Below, one piece after another: positions 19,144-29,800 of a stretch of 32,000 bases of DNA. A model generated the notes under the pieces. That model was given only the letters and a program-made list of their open reading frames with translations. It ran no database searches and was not told the origin of the DNA. The DNA is taken from NCBI RefSeq assembly GCF_043950625.1, contig NZ_CP171007.1. One strand, written 5' to 3'. A program made the translations under genes and the position numbers. The stretch comes from Alkanindiges sp. WGS2144. Its GTDB lineage: Bacteria; Pseudomonadota; Gammaproteobacteria; Pseudomonadales; Moraxellaceae. The number at the start of each line of letters is the position of its first letter. The stretch's first letter is position 1.

Positions 19144-19734
19144 TTGTATCAGCGTCGTGACTTTTACCGCCATGCGCGCTATGTGCATGGCTGGTTGTCT
19201 GCTTTTGCTTTTTTGTCACTCATGTTTTTTGCCGCTACAGGTTTATTTTTAAACCATCCGCAGTGGTTTAGTGGCAAAACCGATGAACACACCAGTATCC
19301 TGCCCTTGCCTGTGGATTTAGGCCAAAAAATCCGCCAGCAGGAAAACCCTAGCGATATCATTTTGCAGTATTTACGCGGTCAGTACGTGTTAACCGGACA
19401 TTATCAAAGCAGTGAAATGGTGGACGGTGATGTGATGATGCGGCTGGAAAGTCCGGCTGGTTCTACTGATATCTGGGTCAATCTGGATGACCAACAAATC
19501 GAAATCACCAAAAAAACCGCCTCGACTGTAGCCATGCTTAACGACCTGCATCGTGGCAAAAACTCAGGCACTCTTTGGAGCTGGCTGATTGATATTAGCG
19601 CCATTCTGATTTTAGTGCTTTCACTGGCGGGCTTTGTGCTGTTCTTAAGCATGAAGACACGCTTGAAAAACCATCTGGTTTTGCTTGGTTTGGGTACTAT
19701 AATATTAATACTACTGATCTGGCTTGCCGTTTAG
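19144..19734 (+). CDS. PepSY-associated TM-helix protein (3 TM)
   Basis: YVHGWLSAFAFLSLMFFAATGLFLNHP and LNDLHRGKN..WSWLIDISAILILVLSLAGFVLF are typical PepSY_TM helices with flanking His residues. TTG 19144 is the first start-like codon after an in-frame stop at 19120, and lies 2 nt after the ApbE stop. Confidence 0.6.
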   Translation: MYQRRDFYRHARYVHGWLSAFAFLSLMFFAATGLFLNHPQWFSGKTDEHTSILPLPVDLGQKIRQQENPSDIILQYLRGQYVLTGHYQSSEMVDGDVMMRLESPAGSTDIWVNLDDQQIEITKKTASTVAMLNDLHRGKNSGTLWSWLIDISAILILVLSLAGFVLFLSMKTRLKNHLVLLGLGTIILILLIWLAV

Positions 19735-19782
19735 GTTTTTTCATCCTGTCATCAAGCCAGAATCAGTGTAGCCCTGCCCTAT

Positions 19783-20097
19783 TTACTCACCACCCACTAT
19801 AGGCATACCAGCAGCCTTGGCCGCACGTGTACCGCCCATCAGCACCACAATATCACGGTTTTCATCAAAGGAATTTAACAGCTCTGCCGCACGTGGTGCC
19901 TTGCTGCCACCACCGCATAACACATAGACTGGCTGATCAGCAGGAACCTGCTGCAAATGCTCGGCACTTAACTGTGCAATAGGTTGATTGGTCGCACCTT
20001 GAATATGACCCTCATTAAATGCCTTGGGATCACGCACATCCCAAATTGTTGCATTCTCTGGAAAATCAAAAGTCGTAATTTCAAGCTTACGAATCAT
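19783..20097 (-). CDS. Single-domain rhodanese sulfurtransferase
   Basis: WDVRDPKAFNEGHIQGA and the active-site loop VLCGGGSKA. Confidence 0.75.
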   Translation of the reverse strand: MIRKLEITTFDFPENATIWDVRDPKAFNEGHIQGATNQPIAQLSAEHLQQVPADQPVYVLCGGGSKAPRAAELLNSFDENRDIVVLMGGTRAAKAAGMPIVGGE

Positions 20098-20191
20098 TTT
20101 TACACTCCTTGACTACAATCAGCACTTGGCAAAACCTAGTTTAACACCTAGCATTCTTACATTAATTTTCCCTATTGTGTAAGGATAAATC

Positions 20192-20680
20192 ATGCCATCT
20201 TTTGATATTGTATCGGAATTAGAGATTTTTGAAGTCAACCATGCAGTACAAAACACCCAAAAGGAAATTCAAACCCGTTTTGACTTCCGCGGCTGTGATG
20301 TCAGTGTGGATCTGAATGAAAAAGCCCAGGAAATTAAAATCACGGCTGAGAGTGATTTTCAGGTTGAGCAAGTCTATAACATGCTGGAAAACCATTTCCA
20401 CAAGCGTAAAGTGGATATCCAAAGCCTTGACCCACAAAAAATGACCGCCTCGGGCAAACATACCATTCAGGTCATCAAGCTTAAAGACGGCCTTGACAGT
20501 GATAGCGCAAAAAAAATTAATAAAGCCATTAAAGAAAGTGGAATTAAAGTGCAATCTTCCATTCAGGGCGATAAAATCCGTGTGACTGATAAAAAGCGTG
20601 ACACCTTGCAGCAAGTCATGGCGTTTTTAAAGGAACAACAGTTCGGCTTACCGCTTCAATTTAACAACTTTAAGGATTAG
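20192..20680 (+). CDS. yajQ: YajQ-family nucleotide-binding protein
   Basis: MPSFDIVSE..EVxNAVxxxxKEIxxRFDFxG and full-length family resemblance at about 160 aa. Confidence 0.85.
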   Translation: MPSFDIVSELEIFEVNHAVQNTQKEIQTRFDFRGCDVSVDLNEKAQEIKITAESDFQVEQVYNMLENHFHKRKVDIQSLDPQKMTASGKHTIQVIKLKDGLDSDSAKKINKAIKESGIKVQSSIQGDKIRVTDKKRDTLQQVMAFLKEQQFGLPLQFNNFKD

Positions 20681-20765
20681 AAACGGATTAAAAAACCTAC
20701 TGCATTTCCACTTCTAATCCCAAAGGCTATGCCTGAGTCTGCCCTAACCTACCAGGAAAAAAACC

Positions 20766-21260
20766 ATGACCAAACCTAACCGCATGATGAAAATTGCCAA
20801 TGCGATGGCGAAACTACCTGAACCCTTACGTACCTTTGCCATCTCTAAAGCCTTTGGTACCGTAGTTCCCATGGTTGGCACTGCAGGCCTGCGTTATGAG
20901 CAAGTAACGCCCAACAAAGTAGTAGTTAGCATTAAAAACCAGCGCCCCATGCAAAACCATATTAAAGGCGTGCATGCAGCAGCAATGGCGCTGCTAGCCG
21001 AAACAGCAACCGGCTTTGTGGTTGGCCTGAACGTACCAGATGATCGCCTGATGCTGATTAAATCGCTGCACGTTGATTATAAAAAAATGTCCAAAGGCGA
21101 CATGCGAGCCACTGCTACATTAAGTGATGAGCAGCGCCAGTACATTGCAGATAATGACAAAGGCGAGATTATCGTCCCTATCACGGTAGTGGATGAATCA
21201 GGCAACTCACCCATTGAATGCACCATGAACTGGGCATGGCTCCCTAAAAAGAAAAAATAA
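20766..21260 (+). CDS. Hotdog-fold protein, DUF4442/PaaI-like thioesterase
   Basis: The pattern GxxxxxV..G..V....N...xxN..GxxHAAAxALLAETA resembles DUF4442. Confidence 0.55.
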   Translation: MTKPNRMMKIANAMAKLPEPLRTFAISKAFGTVVPMVGTAGLRYEQVTPNKVVVSIKNQRPMQNHIKGVHAAAMALLAETATGFVVGLNVPDDRLMLIKSLHVDYKKMSKGDMRATATLSDEQRQYIADNDKGEIIVPITVVDESGNSPIECTMNWAWLPKKKK

Positions 21261-21267
21261 ATTGCCT

Positions 21268-21305
21268 AAACAGCTGCCTGATTAATAAATCAAGGCAGCT
21301 GTTTT
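21268..21305. terminator. Bidirectional terminator (DUF4442 + / yciA -)
   Basis: AAACAGCTGCCT - 13 nt - AGGCAGCTGTTTT. Confidence 0.7.
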
Positions 21306-21316
21306 ATCACTGGCTT

Positions 21317-21718
21317 TTACTCAGGTAACTGGCGCTTTTTGCCATGCTCATCAATCGCCACATAAGTGAACATGCCTTGAGTCACCCGCACCGGATGCTC
21401 CATATCATTGCTTTGCCATACTTCCACCAGAATTTGCATGGAGGTATTACCCTTTTTAATCAGCTGGGTATAACAGGCCAAAATTTGTCCAACCTTCACT
21501 GGCACATGAAACATCATGTGATTAATGGCAATGGTAGCCACTCGGCCTTTGGATACACGTCGGGCCTGCACTGCGCCAGCCAAGTCCATTTGTGATACCA
21601 GCCAGCCACCGAACACATCACCGTTCCAGTTGGTATCCGCCGGCATAGGAATGACCTGCAACGATAGCTCACCCTGCGGCAAATTATCCTGCTCCAATGC
21701 AATTTGCGTTTGATTCAC
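21317..21718 (-). CDS. yciA: Acyl-CoA thioester hydrolase YciA
   Basis: Hotdog thioesterase with PADTNWNGDVFGGWLVSQMD, resembling YciA over its full length. Confidence 0.85.
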   Translation of the reverse strand: MNQTQIALEQDNLPQGELSLQVIPMPADTNWNGDVFGGWLVSQMDLAGAVQARRVSKGRVATIAINHMMFHVPVKVGQILACYTQLIKKGNTSMQILVEVWQSNDMEHPVRVTQGMFTYVAIDEHGKKRQLPE

Positions 21719-21817
21719 TTTAATCCACCCTGTTTTTATGACTTGAAATGACCAGACTGCCTAGTCTTTATGAAGTCAGCCAGCTTTCTTCATCTATCCT
21801 GATTTAACGGTGCCACT

Positions 21818-22246
21818 TTAACTACTTTGCTGGGCATTACCAAGCCATTGCTGAATCTGCGCTGCTGACATGGCGCCCGCTTGCCGTGCTACTTCTTTTC
21901 CATTTTTAAATAAAATCAGTGTGGGAATACTGCGGATACCAAATTGCTGGCTGACTTGTACAGCTTGCTCAGTATTTACCTTGGCAAATTGCACATCACG
22001 CATCTGTCCAGCGACATGCTCAAGATGCGGTGCCATCATTTTACATGGTCCACACCACGATGCCCAGAAATCCACCAATACCGGTAACTCAGTTGAACCG
22101 ACAAACTGATGGAAACTTTGGTCATTCAGCTCAACCGGCTTACCATCCAGCAAGGTCTGATGACAGCGCCCACAATTAGGCTGATCATTTAAACGCGCTT
22201 GCTCCAGGCGGTTTTTTGCCAAACAGTGGGGACAGGTTACAATCAT
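21818..22246 (-). CDS. trxC: Thioredoxin 2 (zinc-finger N-terminal extension)
   Basis: N-terminal CPHC..CGRC zinc-binding pairs plus the WCGPC active site. Confidence 0.9.
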   Translation of the reverse strand: MIVTCPHCLAKNRLEQARLNDQPNCGRCHQTLLDGKPVELNDQSFHQFVGSTELPVLVDFWASWCGPCKMMAPHLEHVAGQMRDVQFAKVNTEQAVQVSQQFGIRSIPTLILFKNGKEVARQAGAMSAAQIQQWLGNAQQSS

Positions 22247-22259
22247 TGCTTTAACTCTC

Positions 22260-23147
22260 CTAACCGATATGTTTTTTCAAAAAAGCCAACTGTACCCGTA
22301 TGGCCTCTTCGAACCAGCGTCCTTGTAGCAGATCAAAATGTCCAATTGGCCACTCTAGATACTCTACCTGTTTTATTTTAGCCGCGGCTTTACGGGTCGC
22401 TGAAATTGGAATAAGTGAATCTTTTTGAGCAGCGAATATTAAAGCTGGACACTGCACCTTATGAGCCTCCTTAGTTGGCCGATACTGGTTTACGGTAATA
22501 ATAATCCGTGCAGGCACCAGCCCTACCCAGCTACTACCCTTGGGTACCATTTGCATATACCCCTCATAGCAGTCATCACCGGTTAAACAGCGCACGCCGC
22601 TCTCTGCCACCACTGGAATACGAATTGGATCACGGCCAATTTTGGAGCCTGCCAAATCCTGCACAGCCAAAGCAGTTGCGCGGGGCAATAAGTGCTTGGG
22701 ATACATCATGGCACTGGCAAAACCATCAACATGCGGCACCAGACCAATAATTGCAGCAATACCTTTTTCCCGTGCAGCAGTAGTGATTACATGACCACCA
22801 CTCATGGACATGCCCCACAACACAATTTTTTGTGGATCGATATCCTTTCTTTTTTTAACCTGAACCAGTACTGCTTTCCAGTCAGCCACATGATTAGGGG
22901 CAGAAACCAATTCACGCGGTTTACCAGTACTACCACCAAAACCCCGATAATCAAACAAGATTACTGCATAACCCGCCCCTGCAAAAGCCGCAGCAGTATC
23001 GGGCAGACTAAATTTTCGCTCTGCTGCAAAACCGTGCGCCATAATAATGACCGGCGGCTTACGCAATTTGGCAGGCCGGTAAAAATCCACACCCAATGTC
23101 TCACCAGCACTTTTTAAGAATAAAGGTTCTACCGTATATTGACCCAT
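22260..23147 (-). CDS. Alpha/beta-fold hydrolase
   Basis: HGF oxyanion region, GMSMSG nucleophile elbow, and C-terminal His (PIGHFD). It ends 13 nt before trxC on the same strand. Confidence 0.7.
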   Translation of the reverse strand: MGQYTVEPLFLKSAGETLGVDFYRPAKLRKPPVIIMAHGFAAERKFSLPDTAAAFAGAGYAVILFDYRGFGGSTGKPRELVSAPNHVADWKAVLVQVKKRKDIDPQKIVLWGMSMSGGHVITTAAREKGIAAIIGLVPHVDGFASAMMYPKHLLPRATALAVQDLAGSKIGRDPIRIPVVAESGVRCLTGDDCYEGYMQMVPKGSSWVGLVPARIIITVNQYRPTKEAHKVQCPALIFAAQKDSLIPISATRKAAAKIKQVEYLEWPIGHFDLLQGRWFEEAIRVQLAFLKKHIG

Positions 23148-23322
23148 TCGCTATCCCTCTTCATGGAAATATTTAATTCTTACCATCCAGTATAAAGCTA
23201 AACTAGCATAAGCTTAACGATTTAACGCGGGACAAACATTTCTTTGCTGACTTTATTTGTTGATAATGCGATAACTTGGGTAAAGTTTAGCTCAGTGTAT
23301 TTTGAAGTATTGGAGAGTATTC

Positions 23323-23658
23323 ATGGCGGATCAAGTGGGTTTTGCAGCACAAATTTATCCTGAACATATGGCTGAAGTCGTGCAAAAAGGCTTTAAGTCT
23401 GTAATTAATAACCGGCCTGATTTTGAAGGTGGCAGCGAGCAGCCAACCAGTGCACAGCTAGAAGAAGCCGCTCGCAATGCCGGCATTGATTATGTCTTTC
23501 AGCCAGTGGTAGCCGGTCAGATCAGCCAATTAGATGTTGAATCTTTTGCCCGACACTATAATGAATTGCCCAAGCCAATTTTAATGTTTTGCCGCACAGG
23601 TAACCGCTCCAGCAATTTGTATCAAATGGCTAAACAGATGGATTTATTGGATGATTAG
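23323..23658 (+). CDS. DUF442/TIGR01244-family protein (phosphatase-like sulfur-transferase fold, BLH N-terminal-domain type)
   Basis: SVINNRPD.E, active-site loop FCRTGNRSS, about 110 aa. I prefer ATG 23323 (GGAGAG upstream) to the TTG 23302 track start. Confidence 0.65.
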   Translation: MADQVGFAAQIYPEHMAEVVQKGFKSVINNRPDFEGGSEQPTSAQLEEAARNAGIDYVFQPVVAGQISQLDVESFARHYNELPKPILMFCRTGNRSSNLYQMAKQMDLLDD

Positions 23659-23764
23659 GTTTCAGGGTTTGCTATTGATTTTTATTATTGGTTCTAGCAT
23701 TGTGGCATGCCAAAGTATGCAAGTTCGCCCTACGGCAACCGTGAGTGTTGGTGCAGGGCTATAA
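23651..23764 (+). CDS. Unlisted 37-codon lipoprotein-like small ORF
   Basis: My own translation reads MIRFQGLLLIFIIGSSIVACQSMQVRPTATVSVGAGL*. It has a basic n-region, a hydrophobic core and a lipobox I-V-A-C. The ATG overlaps the DUF442 stop (GATGATTAG), and a strong terminator follows directly. It is too short for the supplied track. Confidence 0.4.
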   Translation: MIRFQGLLLIFIIGSSIVACQSMQVRPTATVSVGAGL

Positions 23765-23782
23765 AATAAACGGAAATAAAAA

Positions 23783-23805
23783 ACGGCTCTAGTGAGCCGT
23801 TTTTC
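23783..23805. terminator. Bidirectional rho-independent terminator (small ORF + / giant adhesin -)
   Basis: ACGGCTC - TAGT - GAGCCGT followed by TTTTT, with AAATAAAAA preceding it. Confidence 0.8.
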
Positions 23806-23824
23806 TTATGAATGAACCAGCTAA

Positions 23825-26800
23825 TTAATCTAAATTAGCACAGCTAGCACTCACACCATAAGGGCTTCTATCAAACGGTTGCCCTGCTTCTGATTCAAAG
23901 TCTGATTTCACCATAGTTAATGGATAGTTCAAGCGCGCTTCTAAATTTTGCACTGGAGCACTACCCATTGCTACGCGTGCATTCAGATTAACAATCTGCC
24001 AGCCAGCATATTGACGTAAGTAACGAATACGGAAGTCAAATTTACCTGAGTTATCAGTTGTATAAGTCACGATATTATTCGTACTACCCTGAGATGATAC
24101 AAATGCTGTCGCTACTTGTGCAGTAGCCGGTAACGTAGCACCCATGCAAGTTACGCTAGTGGTTTTCGCACGAGTGGGATCACCATTTACATCCTTTGTA
24201 GGCGTGTAAATACCCTTAGCAACACTGAGTAGATCAATCGACATAGTCACAGGCTGATTGATAATAGGCTTACCATCATTATCTACAAGCTGAGCAGATA
24301 CTGCTTCAGTGTAATAATTACCATCTGCCGAGGTTTCTAACAGTGCCGACTTACCAAATGTTAAGTTTCCTACAGGTTGAGCCGTGACAGCTTGAATTAT
24401 ATCGATACGGAAATCTTGTGTTGACGTACCGGCAAATGTCGCCCTTAATATCAGACCATCATTAACAAAGTCAGCAGCACTATAGTTTTGGTTACGCATG
24501 GTTGCGTCTACACGCACTGTAAATATAGCCTGTCCGCTGCTGTCAGTGGTTTTACCTGAAGCACCTACGATAGAAGCACCGTTACGAATAAAATCGCTAA
24601 CTGCCAAGGTAATATACTGACCTTGTAGTACACCACCGTTTTGGTCTAACAGCGTTACCGTAACATCAGCGGTATCGTCACGCACGTTAAGCTGTGGCTT
24701 GGATGCGCTAATACGTAAAGTATGCCGTGGTGCTGTACTACCCGGACGGTCTACTCCTAAGCGGTATACCTGCTTGGTTGTTGTGCCATTAGTAGCGGTA
24801 TGGCTGGCTTCTAGCTCAATACCACTAGCAAATAGGGCGTCTTTATCCAGACCACCTTCTGGCACTAACAAGGTAAAGAACCCATTACCATTTTGGTCAG
24901 TAGTCACAGTATAAGTATCTGCAATACCATCGTTGCCTTCGGCTTCGTTTACGATACCAACATTCAAACCCGTTGTACTGTTAGTCTTTTTAACCTTTAG
25001 CGTAACTTGCTGATTGGCCGCTGGCACGTTAGTACCATTAGCTAAAGCACTTACCGTAATAATAGCCTTATCCCCATTCACACTTAAATTATCACTAGAA
25101 CTTGTGATTACTAAGTGGTAGGGATTTACGGCCGCCTCCACATTCAGTTTTAAATCTGGACTAAAGCGTGTATTACCGTTAGGCAGTTTCACCGAAGTTT
25201 TAATGGTTAAGCCATTGCTTAATAGCTCATCAATTTGTGCCTGAAGCGTCTTAGCAGGTAAGGTAATTTTAAAGCTCACATTGCCATTGGTATCCGTTAT
25301 CCCAGTCATGCCCCCATCAACATTTACACCACCATTTAGCGTAACTTTATCCACCACTAAGGAGACTGGCTGTGATTTTAATGGTGCCCCCTTGTTATCT
25401 ACTAGCTTAGAAGTCACAGTTACCGTATCGCCACTAATCATTAAATTCGGTTTGGACGCATGTAACGGTAACAGGTTATATGTGCCTGCAGGAACGCTCA
25501 CATTTATTTTACCTACCTGAGATACAGCATTGCCATCATTTTGATTAATAGTATTAACTGCATAGGTTAAACCATCTTTAACCAGATCGTTGTCTACCTC
25601 GCCATTAGCAATATTGACAGTAAAGTAAGCATAGCCTTGACTGTTAGTAGCAGCAGAAGTTTTATCCACGCTCACTCGAGCATTGGTAGCATTTACTCCA
25701 CCTAAGGCAAAGCTAATATTTTGATTAACTACAGGGTTGCCAGCAGCATCAATCGCACGAACCGCTACCACCGAACTACCGCCTGTACTTTCAATGCTTG
25801 CAGCTGATGGGGTTACCTTTAGTTCTTTTACCGCTAAGGTTTGTGGGGCTTTAGCCATCACATGGGTGGTTTGGCTAAACTCTGCCCCGTTAGACTGCAC
25901 CACTGTAGCGCTTAAATTGATACCGTTAGCCACCAGGTTATCAATCATTTGCTGATTTGAGGCTCTTACATTAATTGTAAAGGATACTTCCCCGTTTGCA
26001 TCAGTTTTTTGCTGACGCGCGCCTGCAATGGTTATACCGTTTTGTGTTGCTGCTGCATCCAAGCTCAGACTAACAAATCTGTCTTTCACCGGATTGCCAT
26101 CTCTACCAAATACCTTGGTGGTAAAGACAATATTATCACTGTTAGCTGTTACTTCATTTTTAGAAGTCGTGAGCTCTAAACGCTGTGCATCGTTAGCAAT
26201 TGCACCACTATTTGCATAAAAATGTATCTTTGTGCTTTGAGTAATAACCTTGCCACCATCGGTATAATTTGCTGTCGCCTGAATACCCGCAATTAAGCCC
26301 TTAATTTGAGCAGCAGTTAAGTTGCCGTCAGCTGGCGCAGTATAGGTTACTGTAAAGGTTGCCTTACCGGTTACATCCGTTGTATCTGAAGTTGCTGAGC
26401 TAGGTGCTGCACTAATGGTCAAACCAGCGGGAATATCTGCTAAAGCTAACGAAATGCCCTTACCTTCTAATGCGTTACCTTTGGCATTATAGGCCTCTAC
26501 AGTTATTTGTGTTGTACCATTTACTGTAGTAGCTAGTGACTGCGAGCTCGTGGCTTTTAAATAACTTACTGCATTTTCAGTCGCTTCCTCTACCGCCTTT
26601 GAGGTTACCGTAACGTGAGTAGTCTGGTTAATCACACTTGAGCCATCGCCTTGTACTGCCGACGCACTAACATCAATACCTGAAGCAATTAGAGCGTCAA
26701 GGTCCGCCTGGCTTTGTACCAATGCCTCCACGGTTACCTCTGCCTGACCATTCTCGTCCGTTGTTACAACTGTCGAGCCACCAGTCACTCCCCCAAAGTT

Positions 26801-29800
26801 GACCACTCTAAACAGGATATTGTTATCCACAGCGATATTATCGAGCGTTAAAATCACCTGACGGTCTTTAATAAGCTGACCATTCCTGTCTTTGAGTGTG
26901 ACAGTAGTTCTGAATGACTCTTTACTATTTAGTTTTAGTAAGAAGGCACCCCCATTTTGCGTGGGTGACTGACTCATTGCCGTCACTAAATCCATACGCT
27001 GAATATTTGGCTGACTGCTTACAAATTGTACTACGCTGCTTTGGCTGGTTACTTTACCTGCCTCAGAAGTGTAGCTTGCTTTGATCGGTAAACCCGCCAG
27101 CAGGGTTTGTACTTGCTCAGCAGTTAAGTTAGATGCCTCATAGTTGAGGGTAATTGTTGCCTTACCCATAGCATCAAGCGTTGCATTAATTGCACCATTA
27201 ATGGCTGTCTTATTAGCACCTGTACCGGTGCTAAAGTATTTTTGTAGACCAGTAGGAATACTGCTCAATATATCAAGTTTAATTTGCTTGCCTTTTACCA
27301 ACTTACCTTCAGGGTTGAAAGCTTTAACCACAATATCAGTGCTGCCGCCAGTAATGTCCAGCACTCTACTATTTTCTACGGTCAGATAACCCACTTCGCT
27401 AGCTGCTGCATCCTCGGCGGCTTGAGACAGGATATTAACCCGGGTATTTTGGGTGATGGCACCTGAGCCATCGCCCTGTACTGCAGAAACACCGATCCCT
27501 ATGCCCCCTGCGGCAATTAGTCTATCCAATTGAGCCTGATCAGCTATAGCAACATTTAATGTTACCTTAGCAATACCATTTGTATCAGTGTCCACAGCAA
27601 TAGAGGCACTATTTGGTGCGCCTTTAATGCTCACACCATTTTGCAAGGCTTCCTGACTAATAGCCAAGGTTACCTGACGTTCATTTATAGGCTTGCCACT
27701 AGCATCCTTAAGTTTAATGGTTGCAGTAACTGTTCTGCTATCTGTGGCTTTAAGCGTAAGTACAGGCTCACTTACCTTAACATCCATGCTTTGGATATTG
27801 ATTTGATCTATTGCAAACTGCACATTGGTATTTTGTGCAATCTTTTGGCCGCTGCTACTGGTGTAACTCGCATCTACCTGTATACCGGCAAGCAGTGCCT
27901 TAATTTGCTCTGTACTCAAACGTGTATTGGCAGCATACGTCAGCTTAAACGTAGCTTTCCCATCTACGCCAGTAGTGGCACTGGTTTGATCAAGCTTAAT
28001 ATTCAAGCCTGCAGGTGTTGCGCCTAGTCTAAGCGCAATATTCTTACCAGAAGCTGCGATACCTTTAGCAGTAAATGCTCTAACTGCGATGGTGCTAGAG
28101 CCACCTGTCGTTTTAATGACATCACTGCTATCAACCGTCAGATAACCAACCTCACTCTCAGCTGCTTTTGACAGTACACTAATGCTGGTGTTCCGGCTAA
28201 TCGTACCACTGCCATCACCTTGTACCGCTGAGAATTTTAAGCTAATACCTTTGCTTACCAATTTATCAATAATATCTTGAGTTGGTGTTTTGACATTTAC
28301 GCTTACTTTAGCTTGACCATTAACATCTGTTGTAACTACCACGGAACCGCCAGTGACACCTGGAAAGTTCACAGCTGTTAACAAAATGTTATTATCGACG
28401 CCATAGTTATCAATTTCTACCAATACTTGGCGATTTTTGATCGGATTACCATCCTGGTCTTTTAAAGTAACTGTTGAGATAAATGCAGTATCAGTATCAG
28501 TATCTACTAATAGTAGAGGCTTTTCAATCGCCAAATCCATGCGCTGGATGCTTTGTTGGTCAGCGTAGAACTGTAGGGTAGTGCTTTGCGTTACTTTGAT
28601 ATTGGTAGAAACGGCCGTGTAACTTGCCGTGGCTTGAATCCCTCCCAACAGCAAGTTAATTTGCTCAGCTGTCAAGTTAGACTGAGCAGTATAAAGCACT
28701 TTGAAGGTCGCTATGCCATTAGAATTAGTAGTAGTTTCTACTCCTTCTTGCGGCCTATCTGTGCCATTAATTTTAAGATTTATATTACCCGGCAATTGAG
28801 CCAGGTTCAGTGCCAGTCTTACTTTTTGATTGGACGCTGCAATGCCTTGGGCACTTTGAGCTTTAACAGTAATGGTTGCTTCACCACCAGTAGTGGCAAT
28901 CGATTTATCGCTGCTCATAGTAAGGTAGGTGGCTTCTGCTGTTACCACGTTTACTTTGGTATTTTGGCTGATAAAATCACTACCATCACTCTGTACTGCT
29001 GAGGCACCTACACCAATACCAGAGGCTAGCAGCGCATCCAGTGCTGCCTGATTGGCTGCATTGACGTTAAAGCTTACGCTAGCTTGACCTTTGTCATTGG
29101 TGGTTATAACCGTTGAGCCTCCCCTTGCACCAGCAATGCTTACACCATTTTGTAGCGCTTTACTATCTAGCGCTATGGCGACTTGACGGCCTTTAACCGC
29201 AGCACCTGCACTATCTTTTAAGGTAACAGTAGCTTTAACTTTCTGCTCAACGCCCACCTCGGCAATCAATGCCGGTTTGTCAACTACTAAATCCATACGC
29301 TGGATGTTTTGTTCATTGACGTAAAACTGTAACGTGGTGTTTTGGGTGATGACTTTACCAGCACCATTCGTGTAGCTCGCTGTCGCCGTAACACCAGAAA
29401 GCAGCGCTTTGATTTGCTCAGCGGTGAGTCCTTTGGCTGCAGTGTAAGTCACGTTAAAGGTTGCTTCGCCAGCACTATTCGTAGTTTTGCCAGCAGCGTC
29501 AACTTTGATGTTTAATCCAGCAGGAACATTGGATAATGCTAGTTTAATGCTCTTATTTGCTGCTGCGATGCCTTTGCCAGTAAATGCCCTAATGGTGAGG
29601 GTGCTGCTACCGCCTGTTGTGGCAATGGCAGTGTTGCTCTCAGCTGTTAGGTAACCTACTTCATTCTCAGCTGCTTTTGACAGTACACTAATGCTGGTGT
29701 TTTGGCTAATCGTACCACTACCATCACCTTGAACTGCCAAGGCCTTTAGATCAATACCAGAGGCTAGCAGGGCATCCAGCGCAGCTTGATCGGCTGCCTT

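Noticed and set aside
5638-20680. Possible c-di-GMP circuit linking the GGDEF cyclase to YajQ, since some YajQ homologues bind c-di-GMP.
   Set aside because: The two genes are 13 kb apart in separate transcription units, and nothing in the sequence connects them.
21741-21781. Nested hairpin (GACTT..AGACT-GCCT-AGTCT..AAGTC) between trxC and yciA.
   Set aside because: No U-tract follows it on the transcribed (minus) strand and the stems are short. It could be a minor attenuator, but this is unsupported.
23225-23270. TTGATAATGCGATAACTTG upstream of the DUF442 gene as a second Fur box.
   Set aside because: It matches the consensus at only about 10/19 positions, which is not distinguishable from background AT-rich sequence.
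4131-23658. Apparent enrichment of thiol/sulfur-redox genes (yfcG-like GST, yibN, grxC, rhodanese, trxC, DUF442) as a possible functional island.
   Set aside because: The genes are dispersed among unrelated housekeeping operons on both strands. Several sit in arrangements conserved from E. coli (yibN-grxC-secB). There is no shared regulation signal, so this is probably coincidence.
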